From a virus (Duplodnaviria > Caudoviricetes), in the IMG/VR virus record IMGVR_UViG_3300044986_000567, positions 1-30,691 of that record: 30,691 bases of DNA; one strand, written 5' to 3'. Position numbers and translations under genes: made by a program. Of the stretch, positions 1 to 8,325 are shown one piece after another (position 1 is the first letter of the stretch; each line of letters starts with the position of its first letter). The notes under the pieces were generated by a model. The model worked only from the letters and a program-made list of their open reading frames with translations, was not told the DNA's origin and did no database searches.

Positions 1-42
1 GTGTCGTTGTCGTGCCGTCCCTACGTTGGGTTCGGACTACTG

Positions 43-69
43 AGTATATCGGCGTTTCGACGTTGTCAA
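43..69 (-). promoter_or_regulatory. sigma70-like promoter TTGACA-N15-TATACT
   Basis: Minus strand reads TTGACA(69-64) acgtcgaaacgccga TATACT(48-43). Near-consensus hexamers but a short 15-bp spacer. Confidence 0.4.
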
Positions 70-80
70 GTCCGCCACCC

Positions 81-118
81 TATACCGATTTGGCCAAAAA
101 TTTTCGGCATTATCAAGA
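81..118 (-). promoter_or_regulatory. 38-bp repeated element copy 1
   Basis: Minus strand TCTTGA TAATGC CGAAAA tttttggccaaatc GGTATA, then GGGTGG. Confidence 0.8.
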
Positions 119-142
119 TAACTGTTTGTCTGATTTTATCAG

Positions 143-250
143 GCGCATAGGGAAATGCGGCAGCCAGGCTCAATAGGGAGAACCTTTACAGTCAGTCAGA
201 TGATCTGACCTTTATCGCGCGCATAGGGAAACAGAGCCAGCACCTTTACA
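143..250. repeat. short direct repeats GCGCATAGGGAAA x2, ACCTTTA x3
   Basis: GCGCATAGGGAAA at 143-155 and 219-231. ACCTTTA(CA) at 182, 208 and 242. ATAGGG at 173. Confidence 0.7.
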
Positions 251-276
251 GATGACTGGCTCCGTCGCCCTACGAA

Positions 277-837
277 CTAGCTTCTGATCTGACTGTGAGC
301 GAAGATCAACCAACTGACCAGTAGTGTTCGCTCTCGTTTGGTGAGTTTGCCAGGGAGCGTCTTGGCTAACTGGTGTTTATCAAGACCGGAGCCAAGGCCA
401 CCTTGACGGCAATCGGTAAAGGTTTTCTTAAGTTGAATCTTGAATTTACCACGAACCTTGATACGTCGAGGAATCGCAGTGAGTCGTCGCATGGATTGGT
501 GGCCATTGCTATGGGTACAAATCATAACCGCTTGTTGAATGCGGATTTTGCGAGGCTCGGTAACTACTTCGCGGGTGTTAGTGTCTCGATCGTAGATAAC
601 CTTGTCGTTCTCGACGGTGATCTTGGAGACGCTCCAGCCAATGGTATAAGTCCAATCACCTTTTTTGAACTTGTATACCTGGTGCTGTGGGGCCTTCACT
701 TTTTCGGGAGCAGGAACAACTTTCTTGAGTTGCTCGATCATCATCTCTTTCACGATGGGATGGTAATTAGTCTTGTTGACTAAGCCAACGTAGTCCATGT
801 CCGCCAAAACCGAGTCGTCATTCTTGTAACGGTGCAT
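277..837 (-). CDS. hypothetical basic protein (186 aa)
   Basis: AGGAG RBS 9 nt upstream of the ATG, directly downstream of element copy 2. Confidence 0.7.
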   Translation of the reverse strand: MHRYKNDDSVLADMDYVGLVNKTNYHPIVKEMMIEQLKKVVPAPEKVKAPQHQVYKFKKGDWTYTIGWSVSKITVENDKVIYDRDTNTREVVTEPRKIRIQQAVMICTHSNGHQSMRRLTAIPRRIKVRGKFKIQLKKTFTDCRQGGLGSGLDKHQLAKTLPGKLTKRERTLLVSWLIFAHSQIRS

Positions 838-854
838 AAATGCATACTCCTAAT

Positions 855-929
855 AAAAAAAGGGCAGCGGAGCGAAGTGCCCCGCCACCCATGTACCGAC
901 AACGGCGAAAATTTTCCGCATTATCAAGA
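855..929 (-). promoter_or_regulatory. 38-bp element copy 2 plus hairpin/T-tract
   Basis: Core 929-892 TCTTGA TAATGC GGAAAA ttttcgccgttgtc GGTACA. Hairpin GGGTGGCGGGGC/GCTCCGCTGCCC followed by T7. Confidence 0.85.
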
Positions 930-954
930 TATCTATATACCTTGATCTACCTAT

Positions 955-1275
955 CTATCTCGAACGGCGAAGTAAAAGGAAACCAGAACTCTGGACTTTA
1001 TAGAATCGCAGCGGGCAATCCTTTTTGTTTAGCTTGACAAGAATGATGTCGCCAACGGAAACAGACCGGCAATCTCTGGGCTGGAAATCGTTTTGCCCAT
1101 ACTTAAAGATCAAATCAAGCAGGGCCATGACATCAGTCTTATCCTTCGGGTCGAGCATCGACATGTCGAAGCCCTCGTCTTCTGTAAGAGTAACGGTACG
1201 GACACCGCCAATGCCAGAATAAAAGCCTGTCAACAAAACATCAAACTCAGCGAAGTTCGCAGCAACTTTACTCAT
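955..1275 (-). CDS. YodL-like domain protein
   Basis: Motif LDLIFKYGQNDFQPRDCRSVSVGDII...FYKVQSSGF resembles the YodL RSLSVSD..YVD.xGF signature. GGAG RBS. Confidence 0.6.
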   Translation of the reverse strand: MSKVAANFAEFDVLLTGFYSGIGGVRTVTLTEDEGFDMSMLDPKDKTDVMALLDLIFKYGQNDFQPRDCRSVSVGDIILVKLNKKDCPLRFYKVQSSGFLLLRRSR

Positions 1276-1330
1276 AAGTGTAACTCCAAAGATTGAAACT
1301 AACGGCTGGGGCAGCGTGCCCCATCACCCA

Positions 1331-1368
1331 TAGTCCTGCGAGCACCGAAATTTTCCGCATTATCAAGA
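1331..1368 (-). promoter_or_regulatory. 38-bp element copy 3
   Basis: Minus strand TCTTGA TAATGC GGAAAA tttcggtgctcgca GGACTA, then GGGGCA-cgc-TGCCCC hairpin. Confidence 0.8.
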
Positions 1369-1526
1369 TATACATGTAACTAATCAGACGGTTGATGATG
1401 CTAGATAACGTCAACAATAAAGATATCTATAGGGAAACCCTAACTTTTACGCATAGGTCAACCTTTACATAGGGATTTACTAAGCAGCCAGTCTGATTAG
1501 TAAAGACTGCTTATCCGACAAGATGT

Positions 1527-1564
1527 TCTTGAAGATGCGGAAAATTCTGTGGGTCAGTGGTATG
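1527..1564 (+). promoter_or_regulatory. 38-bp element copy 4
   Basis: TCTTGA AGATGC GGAAAA ttctgtgggtcagt GGTATG. AAGGAG RBS and ATG 1603 downstream. Confidence 0.8.
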
Positions 1565-1602
1565 GGAGCGGAGGCTCGATTCATTCTCACAAGGAGTTTT
1601 CT

Positions 1603-1830
1603 ATGAAAAAGACAGAACGTAGGTTATGTAACTCTTGTCAAAAGCCCATCGCTGCGCAGCGACTACAGGTATTACCAGATACTAACTCCTGCGCGAGTTG
1701 CTCTACCGTGGAGCGAGTGGTTGGCTTCATGGCTTGGCCACATAAGACAGGCAGCTATCTTGAGATTGTACCAGCAGGTAATTCTGAGGCACTTCGCAAA
1801 GCGATACGGGCCAATCGTAGAGCTAGATAA
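1603..1830 (+). CDS. DksA/TraR-type C4 zinc-finger protein
   Basis: CNSCQKPIAAQRLQVLPDTNSCASC matches the CxxC..I...RL...P....CxxC pattern. AAGGAG RBS at 1591. Confidence 0.8.
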   Translation: MKKTERRLCNSCQKPIAAQRLQVLPDTNSCASCSTVERVVGFMAWPHKTGSYLEIVPAGNSEALRKAIRANRRAR

Positions 1831-1865
1831 TGTCTTGATAAGTAAATGAAAGTCTGATCTATACG

Positions 1866-1928
1866 TCTTGAAGATGCGGAAAGTTTTCGAGGTCAGCGGT
1901 ATAGGGGTGGCGAGTCGATCGCTGCCCC
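1866..1928 (+). promoter_or_regulatory. 38-bp element copy 5 plus hairpin
   Basis: TCTTGA AGATGC GGAAAG ttttcgaggtcagc GGTATA (1866-1903). Hairpin GGGGTGGCGA/TCGCTGCCCC. Confidence 0.85.
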
Positions 1929-2010
1929 CAAGTTTATTTATACCGGTGCTTGTGGGGCAAGCGAGCCGCTAGTAACCAAGTGTTTTAGTTTACTTATCGA
2001 GGAGAAAGAA

Positions 2011-2292
2011 ATGATTAAGGTAAAACAGTCTGTTGAGTTTGAGTGCACTTATGCTTCGGTTGGCTGGAGCTTAGATCACTTTGAGTTTACTGATAAACAG
2101 GGAAACTCAGTCACAATCAACTGCAATAAAGAGTTGGTTGCTGACTACGGATTTAGATTGATACTCTCTGTTCTCAAGGCAAACGAAAACGAACACAAAA
2201 ACAAAGGTTTATTTATCAATCGAGATGACGCAAAGAGCTTAATGAACGCTGCTAATAACTATCTGAAAGCGACGGAGCCAGTGGAATCCTAG
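2011..2292 (+). CDS. hypothetical protein
   Basis: GAGGAG RBS, 93 aa. Confidence 0.7.
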   Translation: MIKVKQSVEFECTYASVGWSLDHFEFTDKQGNSVTINCNKELVADYGFRLILSVLKANENEHKNKGLFINRDDAKSLMNAANNYLKATEPVES

Positions 2293-2321
2293 TGGTTGTG
2301 GTGGCTACTAGGGGTGAGGTG

Positions 2322-2353
2322 AGGGGAGTACAGAAATGTGCTCCCCTTTTTTT
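2322..2353 (+). terminator. intrinsic terminator-like hairpin
   Basis: AGGGGAGTAC/GTGCTCCCCT stem followed by a T-run. Confidence 0.7.
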
Positions 2354-2410
2354 ATGTACTGACACCATGTGGTGTTTGCTAGATGTTCCGGTGTAACGAA
2401 AGGGAAATGT

Positions 2411-2830
2411 ATGCTTGCGAGAATGAACAAGTGGATTGACGAAGTGGTGGCAAGGGTGATTAGTCAGCGGGTCGAGGCTGCTGTTTCGGCAGCGGTGGCT
2501 GAACAGGTCAAGGAAGTCAAGATAAATTACCAAACCCTTGCAGAAGCGATTCAAGAGAATGATGCAATTGACTACGCCAAGCTTGGCAAATCACTCAACC
2601 CTGGCGATATCGCAGCAAACGTACCTGCTCAGGACATCGCTGAATGGATCGAGATCAACTACAGCGAAATCGAGATCAACTACAGCGATATCGAGATCGA
2701 CTACGATGAAATTAGGATCGACTATGACGAAATTAAGATCGACTATGACGAAGTACCAATCAACTACCAGATGCTAGGTAGGGCTTTGGTCAATCTCGCA
2801 TCGCAAGCCAAGGTATCGACGGCTAGTTAG
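2411..2830 (+). CDS. acidic protein with 7-aa tandem repeats
   Basis: IEINYSE IEINYSD IEIDYDE IRIDYDE IKIDYDE VPINYQM. Start 2411 or 2423. Confidence 0.7.
   Translation: MLARMNKWIDEVVARVISQRVEAAVSAAVAEQVKEVKINYQTLAEAIQENDAIDYAKLGKSLNPGDIAANVPAQDIAEWIEINYSEIEINYSDIEIDYDEIRIDYDEIKIDYDEVPINYQMLGRALVNLASQAKVSTAS
2648..2773 (+). repeat. 21-bp coding tandem repeat x6
   Basis: atcgagatcaactacagcgaa / ...agcgat / atcgagatcgactacgatgaa / attaggatcgactatgacgaa / attaagatcgactatgacgaa / gtaccaatcaactaccagatg. Confidence 0.9.
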
Positions 2831-2889
2831 CAGGTGCAAGTGCAGCACCAACGCTCCCCTTTTCTATTCTTTTTCCACGGAGATACTAT

Positions 2890-3102
2890 ATGCCCAACGT
2901 AGGGAATACTGTACGTCTGACGGACGCAGCACTGAAGTTTATGAGAGCCAAGCGAGGATCGCCGATCGGTCGAGCCAAGGGTAAAGTCATATCCAAGGAC
3001 TCACCCTATGGCGATCGCTGGATCGAAGTGAAGTGGTCGGGCAAGATGCTTACCTATAGGTATGATCTTGTGCACCATCTCGAAGTTGTAAAGAAAAGGT
3101 AG
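2890..3102 (+). CDS. hypothetical protein (possible SH3/KOW-like barrel)
   Basis: GGAG RBS. VGNTVRL...GKVI...IEVKW pattern. Confidence 0.65.
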   Translation: MPNVGNTVRLTDAALKFMRAKRGSPIGRAKGKVISKDSPYGDRWIEVKWSGKMLTYRYDLVHHLEVVKKR

Positions 3103-3169
3103 TGTACATCTACACCCTCTGAAGTAACTTCAGAACCCAAACGGGTGTCCCCATTTAAGGCGATATATC

Positions 3170-3535
3170 ATGGGTAATTTAGAGAGCAAACCTAACGCAC
3201 GATTCTGGTTCATGTATCGAGGCGACTGGGTAAAGATCACCATCCCGCCAGGAAAAGAGCTGGCTTTTGGTGCAGGCTGGTACACCGACGAGGGGTCTAA
3301 GCGAGAGTATCAATCGTTCTGCTACGACCCCAACGAGATGTGCATCTGGTCTATCTATGAGACACAAGAGAGGGACTGCGACGGCCATCACGAATACCAC
3401 AGCCAAGCGAGATGCTCACTGGCTGATCTTAAAGCCAATCCGGCAGACGAGGAGTGGGGATCACCTGCTACTCCTGCATGGGAGAAGGTGTCAGCGCATG
3501 AACGGGACTATTTTGCAGAGGCAATGGACTACTAA
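3170..3535 (+). CDS. hypothetical protein
   Basis: AAGG RBS, 121 aa, packs with neighbours. Confidence 0.65.
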   Translation: MGNLESKPNARFWFMYRGDWVKITIPPGKELAFGAGWYTDEGSKREYQSFCYDPNEMCIWSIYETQERDCDGHHEYHSQARCSLADLKANPADEEWGSPATPAWEKVSAHERDYFAEAMDY

Positions 3536-3548
3536 CAAGGGCATACAC

Positions 3549-3890
3549 ATGAGCGACGATTTCCTGTCCGACATTAAAGATGGTTTGGCTTCTATCAAGC
3601 CAGTGACTGCAAAGATGATTTTCTCCGTGTGTCTTGATCAATGGCCATCACCGGCTGCATGTGTTGACTTCGGTGTTGACAGTCAGAGCCATTACGAAGC
3701 TTTGTACTACCCGATTCGTGCTGGTGAGATCAGCGAGGTTGAGCTAGACAAGGTTCTTGGTGATGGCCCTGAGATCACCAAGCTGGTTCAGTCCTGCCAG
3801 AGCAACCCGCACAAGGACATTGTGTTCACAACTGCGTATGACTGTATGGAAGATGGGTTCGATGATGACGAAGGCGATGAAGAGGAGTAA
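3549..3890 (+). CDS. hypothetical acidic protein
   Basis: Internal ATG 3549 (MSDDFL) of ORF 3267-3890, just after the previous stop. D/E-rich tail. Confidence 0.65.
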   Translation: MSDDFLSDIKDGLASIKPVTAKMIFSVCLDQWPSPAACVDFGVDSQSHYEALYYPIRAGEISEVELDKVLGDGPEITKLVQSCQSNPHKDIVFTTAYDCMEDGFDDDEGDEEE

Positions 3891-3892
3891 AC

Positions 3893-4081
3893 ATGGGACA
3901 CAGAATCTTTGTCTATTTTGAAAACGGATGTTACGTTACCACTGAGTGTGCTGACTTCAGCAAAGAATTGGCCGAGTTGGTAACACAGTATGGGGCTCCA
4001 GTTCTTGTGGAGTATCGCGCACCAGGAGAGAGAATATGGATACCTTTTCAAAGTGCAAGGGGAGACGGATCTAATGAGTGA
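3893..4081 (+). CDS. hypothetical protein
   Basis: GAGGAG RBS, abuts the previous gene. Confidence 0.6.
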   Translation: MGHRIFVYFENGCYVTTECADFSKELAELVTQYGAPVLVEYRAPGERIWIPFQSARGDGSNE

Positions 4082-4406
4082 CAAGATAACACTACAGACG
4101 AGAGCCAAAAGAACCAGGAAGCAAGTCGTAACTGATACGGTACATGAGCTATGGGATCTTGACAACCAAGCCTTGGCTCTTGAGGAGGAAAACGAAAATC
4201 TGGGTAGGTTTCGTTACGCAACTGAGAAACTCAAGCGGTTGCTGATTAGCTACAACAACAAGAAAGATAAGTTCATCTCGCAGCTAATCCAGTGGGGACT
4301 TTGTTCTGATCGGGATGGGCTAACGTCAGACGAAGCCGACAATCCAATTTTCAGTGACGTTGAGAGCGGCAAGCTGTGGATCATTGGCAATGGGGAATGG
4401 TGCTAA
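4074..4406 (+). CDS. hypothetical protein
   Basis: GGAG RBS before ATG 4074 (MSDKITL). Confidence 0.6.
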   Translation: MSDKITLQTRAKRTRKQVVTDTVHELWDLDNQALALEEENENLGRFRYATEKLKRLLISYNNKKDKFISQLIQWGLCSDRDGLTSDEADNPIFSDVESGKLWIIGNGEWC

Positions 4407-4421
4407 CAACAGGAGAGGGCA

Positions 4422-4946
4422 ATGACACCTTATGATTATCTACTAGCCAAGGCTGAGGAGATCGGCTGGCCTGCGCATTACAAAAACGACCTGCTAGTTC
4501 ACGACAAAGCATCTCTTGAGGGGATGCCTCATGATGTTCCCTTTCTGTGGTTCGTCAGAGAGACCGGGACTTGGATCGTCACACCCAATGGGTATGGTCA
4601 TCCGAAGTATGAAGGGCGGATTCTTGTACCTACCGAGTACAGCCAAAAGCATCGTGGCTATGCTTGGACAGGCAGCCAGCTTGTCGAGCTACCCTTCGAG
4701 GAGTGGATGCAAGCCTATGACAAATACATCACACGTCATTCAGCGGATTACAAGTACGATGTGATGGTCACTCATAAGTTTCGTCGCGCTCCGTGGTCAT
4801 CTATGGAAACATTTCAGAGCAGGATGACAGTTACGTGGTGCAGAGACTTGGATTCGCTGCGATCCTATGTCATGGAGCGAGAGAGACCTAAAGGCATGGA
4901 CAATCAAACTGTAGTTGAGATCGTATCAAAGCTACAGGCCGTTTAA
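4422..4946 (+). CDS. hypothetical protein
   Basis: AGGAG RBS. DLLVHDK...PFLWFVRETGT motif typical of small phage/plasmid proteins. Confidence 0.7.
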   Translation: MTPYDYLLAKAEEIGWPAHYKNDLLVHDKASLEGMPHDVPFLWFVRETGTWIVTPNGYGHPKYEGRILVPTEYSQKHRGYAWTGSQLVELPFEEWMQAYDKYITRHSADYKYDVMVTHKFRRAPWSSMETFQSRMTVTWCRDLDSLRSYVMERERPKGMDNQTVVEIVSKLQAV

Positions 4947-4997
4947 TTATGTACCGAAGGTAGTGTTTTCCTTACGTCATTTCTTCACGAGGTTTAC

Positions 4998-5474
4998 ATG
5001 ACAACCAATGAGCAGGAAGTACGCTTCCCAAATTTCAAATCTTTTGTGTGCCCAGATGATTACGTAACGACAACCCACAAGGGAGTCGAATATCGAGCCA
5101 CAATCAGGCACGACAATCAATCCGAAATCGATGACGATGATTCACACAATCCAGATCAGTCAGTTACCGGATGCAACGATGAACAGTTCCAACGATTAAT
5201 GATTGCCAGGAAAGCATGGTTCAAAGACGAATGGTGGTACGGATGGATTCAGGTAACGGCATTCCTGAATGGGTATCGACTAAAGTCATGGGATTGTTTG
5301 TCGCGTATCGAAGTAAACTACCCCGACTCTATCAACGACTACCTATCGGAAGTTGCAACGGATTTACTGACGGGTCTTATTGTTCAAGTTAACGACGAGA
5401 TCGATGACATGAGAGAGATGCTTGAGAAAAGAACTACAACACACAACACAGAAGGAGTCGGGCATGACAACTAA
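4998..5474 (+). CDS. hypothetical protein
   Basis: GAGG RBS, 158 aa. Confidence 0.7.
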   Translation: MTTNEQEVRFPNFKSFVCPDDYVTTTHKGVEYRATIRHDNQSEIDDDDSHNPDQSVTGCNDEQFQRLMIARKAWFKDEWWYGWIQVTAFLNGYRLKSWDCLSRIEVNYPDSINDYLSEVATDLLTGLIVQVNDEIDDMREMLEKRTTTHNTEGVGHDN

Positions 5475-5817
5475 TTTACATCGACTGCTGGCCGAGTTGC
5501 GTAGGCGTACTAAGAAGTACAAAGACGTAAGCTTTTACGATCAAGAACAGTGGAGAACAAGAGAAAGCGTCGAGCATAACGCACACCTAACGATGTGCGC
5601 AGAGGGTCTGCTTCATGAACTACTCAATGGATACCGCAAGCCAGATAGACACGACCTAACACTGACAAAACTAAATGAGATCGCATTCAAGTATGACTAC
5701 ATCGTCGAGCAATACTTTAGCTGGAGCTGGCACTTCTATCCGTCAATACTGAAACAAAGCTTGCACACAATGGTATGCGGAGAAGATGACAACCTGGAGA
5801 TGAATGATGGACATTGA
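5464..5817 (+). CDS. hypothetical protein
   Basis: AAGGAG RBS before ATG 5464. Confidence 0.65.
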   Translation: MTTNLHRLLAELRRRTKKYKDVSFYDQEQWRTRESVEHNAHLTMCAEGLLHELLNGYRKPDRHDLTLTKLNEIAFKYDYIVEQYFSWSWHFYPSILKQSLHTMVCGEDDNLEMNDGH

Positions 5818-5986
5818 AGCAACTATCAAACTGATCTACGAACATCTTGAAGTAGGCGATGTTGAGTCAGCCCGCCATGCACTCGACGACGCAAGAGACT
5901 GGATACGCAAGGGCGGGTCTGTCACACCTCAGCAGTATGACAGTCTGAGAAAAGCTAACGCTATGATCTTGGCTCATACATCTTGA
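5804..5986 (+). CDS. hypothetical protein
   Basis: GGAG RBS. Its TGA stop is supplied by the TCTTGA of element copy 6. Confidence 0.6.
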   Translation: MMDIEATIKLIYEHLEVGDVESARHALDDARDWIRKGGSVTPQQYDSLRKANAMILAHTS

Positions 5987-6052
5987 TGATGCGAAAATTT
6001 TCGGGGCTCGGTGGTATACGGTGGGGCAGCAGGTGGCTGTCCCTTTTCTTTT
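5981..6052 (+). promoter_or_regulatory. 38-bp element copy 6 plus hairpin/T-tract
   Basis: TCTTGA TGATGC GAAAAT tttcggggctcggt GGTATA (5981-6018). GGGGCAGC/GCTGTCCC stem followed by TTTTCTTTT. Confidence 0.85.
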
Positions 6053-6067
6053 AGTGGAGATAGTTAA

Positions 6068-6940
6068 ATGATAGTTGAATCAACCGAAATGGTAGAGTAC
6101 ACCACTGCTTCACGACTGGCTGCTGTATACGAGCAGCAAGTGGCGAGAGTCATCGAGGCAATGGGAACTCTTCGAGATGCTTATACGATTCTGGGAAATG
6201 AGTTCAAGAGTCAGCGTGGTTTTGATCTGTACACTACGCCCAACAGTGGTCGCAGCAATTTACAGAACGTCTGTGAAGAACGTGCGGCACAGGATGTAGA
6301 GCACGCTCTACACCTAGACGCATGGCGAATCTTGGTTGACAAGCTGAGCATCCGTAAACTCATGTCAAGCAAGCGGGTAAAGCAGCTCGATGAGTTACTA
6401 GAGAAAGGTTCGATCGTTGTCGATGGCGTAAGGGAAACGCTTCCGCCTATCAATCCTACCACAATCGTGGATGTTCTTATGTCGTTCATCGAGAACGCTG
6501 AGTCATTTTTGCATGAAGCGATCTTTGAAGAGTACGAGTACTGGAAGCCGCATCGTGCGTACAGTAAGTACAAGACCAACGAGAAGCACACGTTTAAGTT
6601 GGAGAAGAAACTCATTCGTTCATACGCATTCCGCACATGGAAGTACGGCGACAGCACTACCATCGGCGGTCTTAGTCATACTCTTCAGCCTCACCTCACC
6701 GCACTGGATAACATCATGCACCTGCTTGATGGGAAAGGACAGGTGAAGGGTTACGGCGGGCCGCTTGTGGATGCAATCACATTAGCAAACCACAGCAAGC
6801 AACAGTCAGCATCGACTGATTACTTCCATGCAAAGTGGTTCCTTAACGGAAACATGCACCTGGAGTTCTTGCGTCAGGATCTGCTTGACAAGTTCAATGA
6901 GATTTGTGGAACCAATAGATTAGCGGAGGAGCCAGTATGA
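6068..6940 (+). CDS. DUF4942 domain protein (stand-alone)
   Basis: C-terminal TDYFHAKWFLNGNMHLEFLRQDLLDKFN, plus AWRILVDK..IRKLMSSKR and LTALDNIMHLLDGK motifs. Confidence 0.75.
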   Translation: MIVESTEMVEYTTASRLAAVYEQQVARVIEAMGTLRDAYTILGNEFKSQRGFDLYTTPNSGRSNLQNVCEERAAQDVEHALHLDAWRILVDKLSIRKLMSSKRVKQLDELLEKGSIVVDGVRETLPPINPTTIVDVLMSFIENAESFLHEAIFEEYEYWKPHRAYSKYKTNEKHTFKLEKKLIRSYAFRTWKYGDSTTIGGLSHTLQPHLTALDNIMHLLDGKGQVKGYGGPLVDAITLANHSKQQSASTDYFHAKWFLNGNMHLEFLRQDLLDKFNEICGTNRLAEEPV

Positions 6941-7230
6941 TGGAGCCACTCTTAGTTCAGCTCGACAACCGAGGTCTGATTTGCAATGACACGGGCAATG
7001 AATTGAAGAGAATCATTCGCAGCAACATGCCAGAGGATTGTGAGAAGTCTCCGCTATCACTGGCTAGTGACATACTCAGCATTGCCAACAAGGTACTCAA
7101 AAGTAATCACATCTACGAGATTCGCATCAACGGCAAAGAAACGGTGATCTTCTATAAGACTCTACCGATGTACGTTACCATCGAATCTATTCTTAATACT
7201 TGGAGGAAGCACAATGGCATACAGACCTGA
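6937..7230 (+). CDS. hypothetical protein
   Basis: ATGA overlap, GGAGGAG RBS. Confidence 0.6.
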   Translation: MMEPLLVQLDNRGLICNDTGNELKRIIRSNMPEDCEKSPLSLASDILSIANKVLKSNHIYEIRINGKETVIFYKTLPMYVTIESILNTWRKHNGIQT

Positions 7231-7456
7231 ATGGTTTGAGCACAAAGCAAAGGGCAGGAGCGTCCTTGCTATAGCTTTGGATGCACACATGGGTACGACA
7301 GGGGCTTGTGAGTTCAGTCCACTTGATAGAGCAGATGACATATCACTACTGAAGTGGGTGCTGAGTAGCTGGCAACCAGCAAAGCATAGCGTAGATTTTG
7401 ATGAAGCAGTTCGTAAGTTAATTGAAGCATCATTGAGAGAGGCAGGTGAGTTATGA
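7214..7456 (+). CDS. hypothetical protein
   Basis: GGAGG RBS. Confidence 0.6.
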   Translation: MAYRPEWFEHKAKGRSVLAIALDAHMGTTGACEFSPLDRADDISLLKWVLSSWQPAKHSVDFDEAVRKLIEASLREAGEL

Positions 7457-7785
7457 GCCATACACCAGGGCCGTGGCATAGAGGAAGTGACTTCAATGAC
7501 AATCGGTTTTTCATATTTCCTGAGACTGGTCGCATGAGACTGGAGCCAGGACAAACAGTCCTCTATTCAATAGCCAAAGTCTTCGATTCTTTCAATGAAG
7601 ATGAGGATGATGCCAACGCTCGCCTCATTGCAGCAGCACCGGATCTCTACTGCTCACTCAAAGAATTGCTTGAGATTTGTAGATCTAAGTGCAGCCCACT
7701 TGACGAGCAGCTTCTGTCAAACAAAACCAATCACGAAGCATTACTCGATGCTTGTGATGTCTTAGATAGGATAAGGGAAGTATGA
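7453..7785 (+). CDS. phage protein of the HTPGPW...ANARLIAAAPDL family
   Basis: Both motifs present. ATGA overlap. Confidence 0.75.
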   Translation: MSHTPGPWHRGSDFNDNRFFIFPETGRMRLEPGQTVLYSIAKVFDSFNEDEDDANARLIAAAPDLYCSLKELLEICRSKCSPLDEQLLSNKTNHEALLDACDVLDRIREV

Positions 7786-7967
7786 GCAAACGTGACACCC
7801 CTTGGTATCAGCGTGACAGGTACTACTTTTTCGAGAGGGATGGGAAGTTCTATGTCAACTATGCCTTTCGCGGGTCAAACTTCTATCACTCCAAAGAGTT
7901 TCAAACTTTAGATGAACGAAACGATTTTGTGAATAACTTGGCATCGACTTTTGTTTTCATGCGATAA
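7782..7967 (+). CDS. hypothetical protein
   Basis: ATGA overlap. Confidence 0.55.
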   Translation: MSKRDTPWYQRDRYYFFERDGKFYVNYAFRGSNFYHSKEFQTLDERNDFVNNLASTFVFMR

Positions 7968-7988
7968 GTATAAGGTAAGGATAGCATC

Positions 7989-8249
7989 ATGCGATGGATC
8001 GCCCTACTAACATTGATTCTCTGTTCTGGCTGTCATGTAGCCAGGGCAACGGTTACATATCAATTCGATCAACCAACTATCTCATTCACATTGGAGCCAA
8101 ACTATGACAGGCAAGTACTACATCGTGACAATCGGCAAGACGCAGACCGTAGCTCGCATCGAGGATCGCAGGGGCAATGGCTGGATCGCAACCAACCTAC
8201 TAACAAGCAGACCTCTTTACTTCGTAACGAACAAACGATTAACCAATGA
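7989..8249 (+). CDS. putative lipoprotein
   Basis: MRWIALLTLILCSGC: basic N-terminus, hydrophobic core, lipobox-like CSG/C. Confidence 0.5.
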   Translation: MRWIALLTLILCSGCHVARATVTYQFDQPTISFTLEPNYDRQVLHRDNRQDADRSSHRGSQGQWLDRNQPTNKQTSLLRNEQTINQ

Positions 8250-8298
8250 GGTTCGCGATATGCGAATCGTGCAGCATTTAACCGGCAAAGAAGGGTAG
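8104..8298 (+). CDS. small conserved protein (ARI...GWxATNLxT family)
   Basis: GGAG RBS. Resembles small Planctomycete prophage proteins with VRI....GGWDATNL.TG...I....RL (recollection). Confidence 0.6.
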   Translation: MTGKYYIVTIGKTQTVARIEDRRGNGWIATNLLTSRPLYFVTNKRLTNEVRDMRIVQHLTGKEG

Positions 8299-8325
8299 GG
8301 TTGTCACTACTACGGAAGGGCAACC

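Noticed and set aside
1833-1841. TCTTGATAA partial cassette
   Set aside because: Only the first box is present. It is probably a remnant next to copy 5.
2648-2773. 21-bp tandem repeat as a CRISPR or DGR repeat
   Set aside because: There are no spacers, it is an in-frame coding repeat, and the window has no reverse transcriptase.
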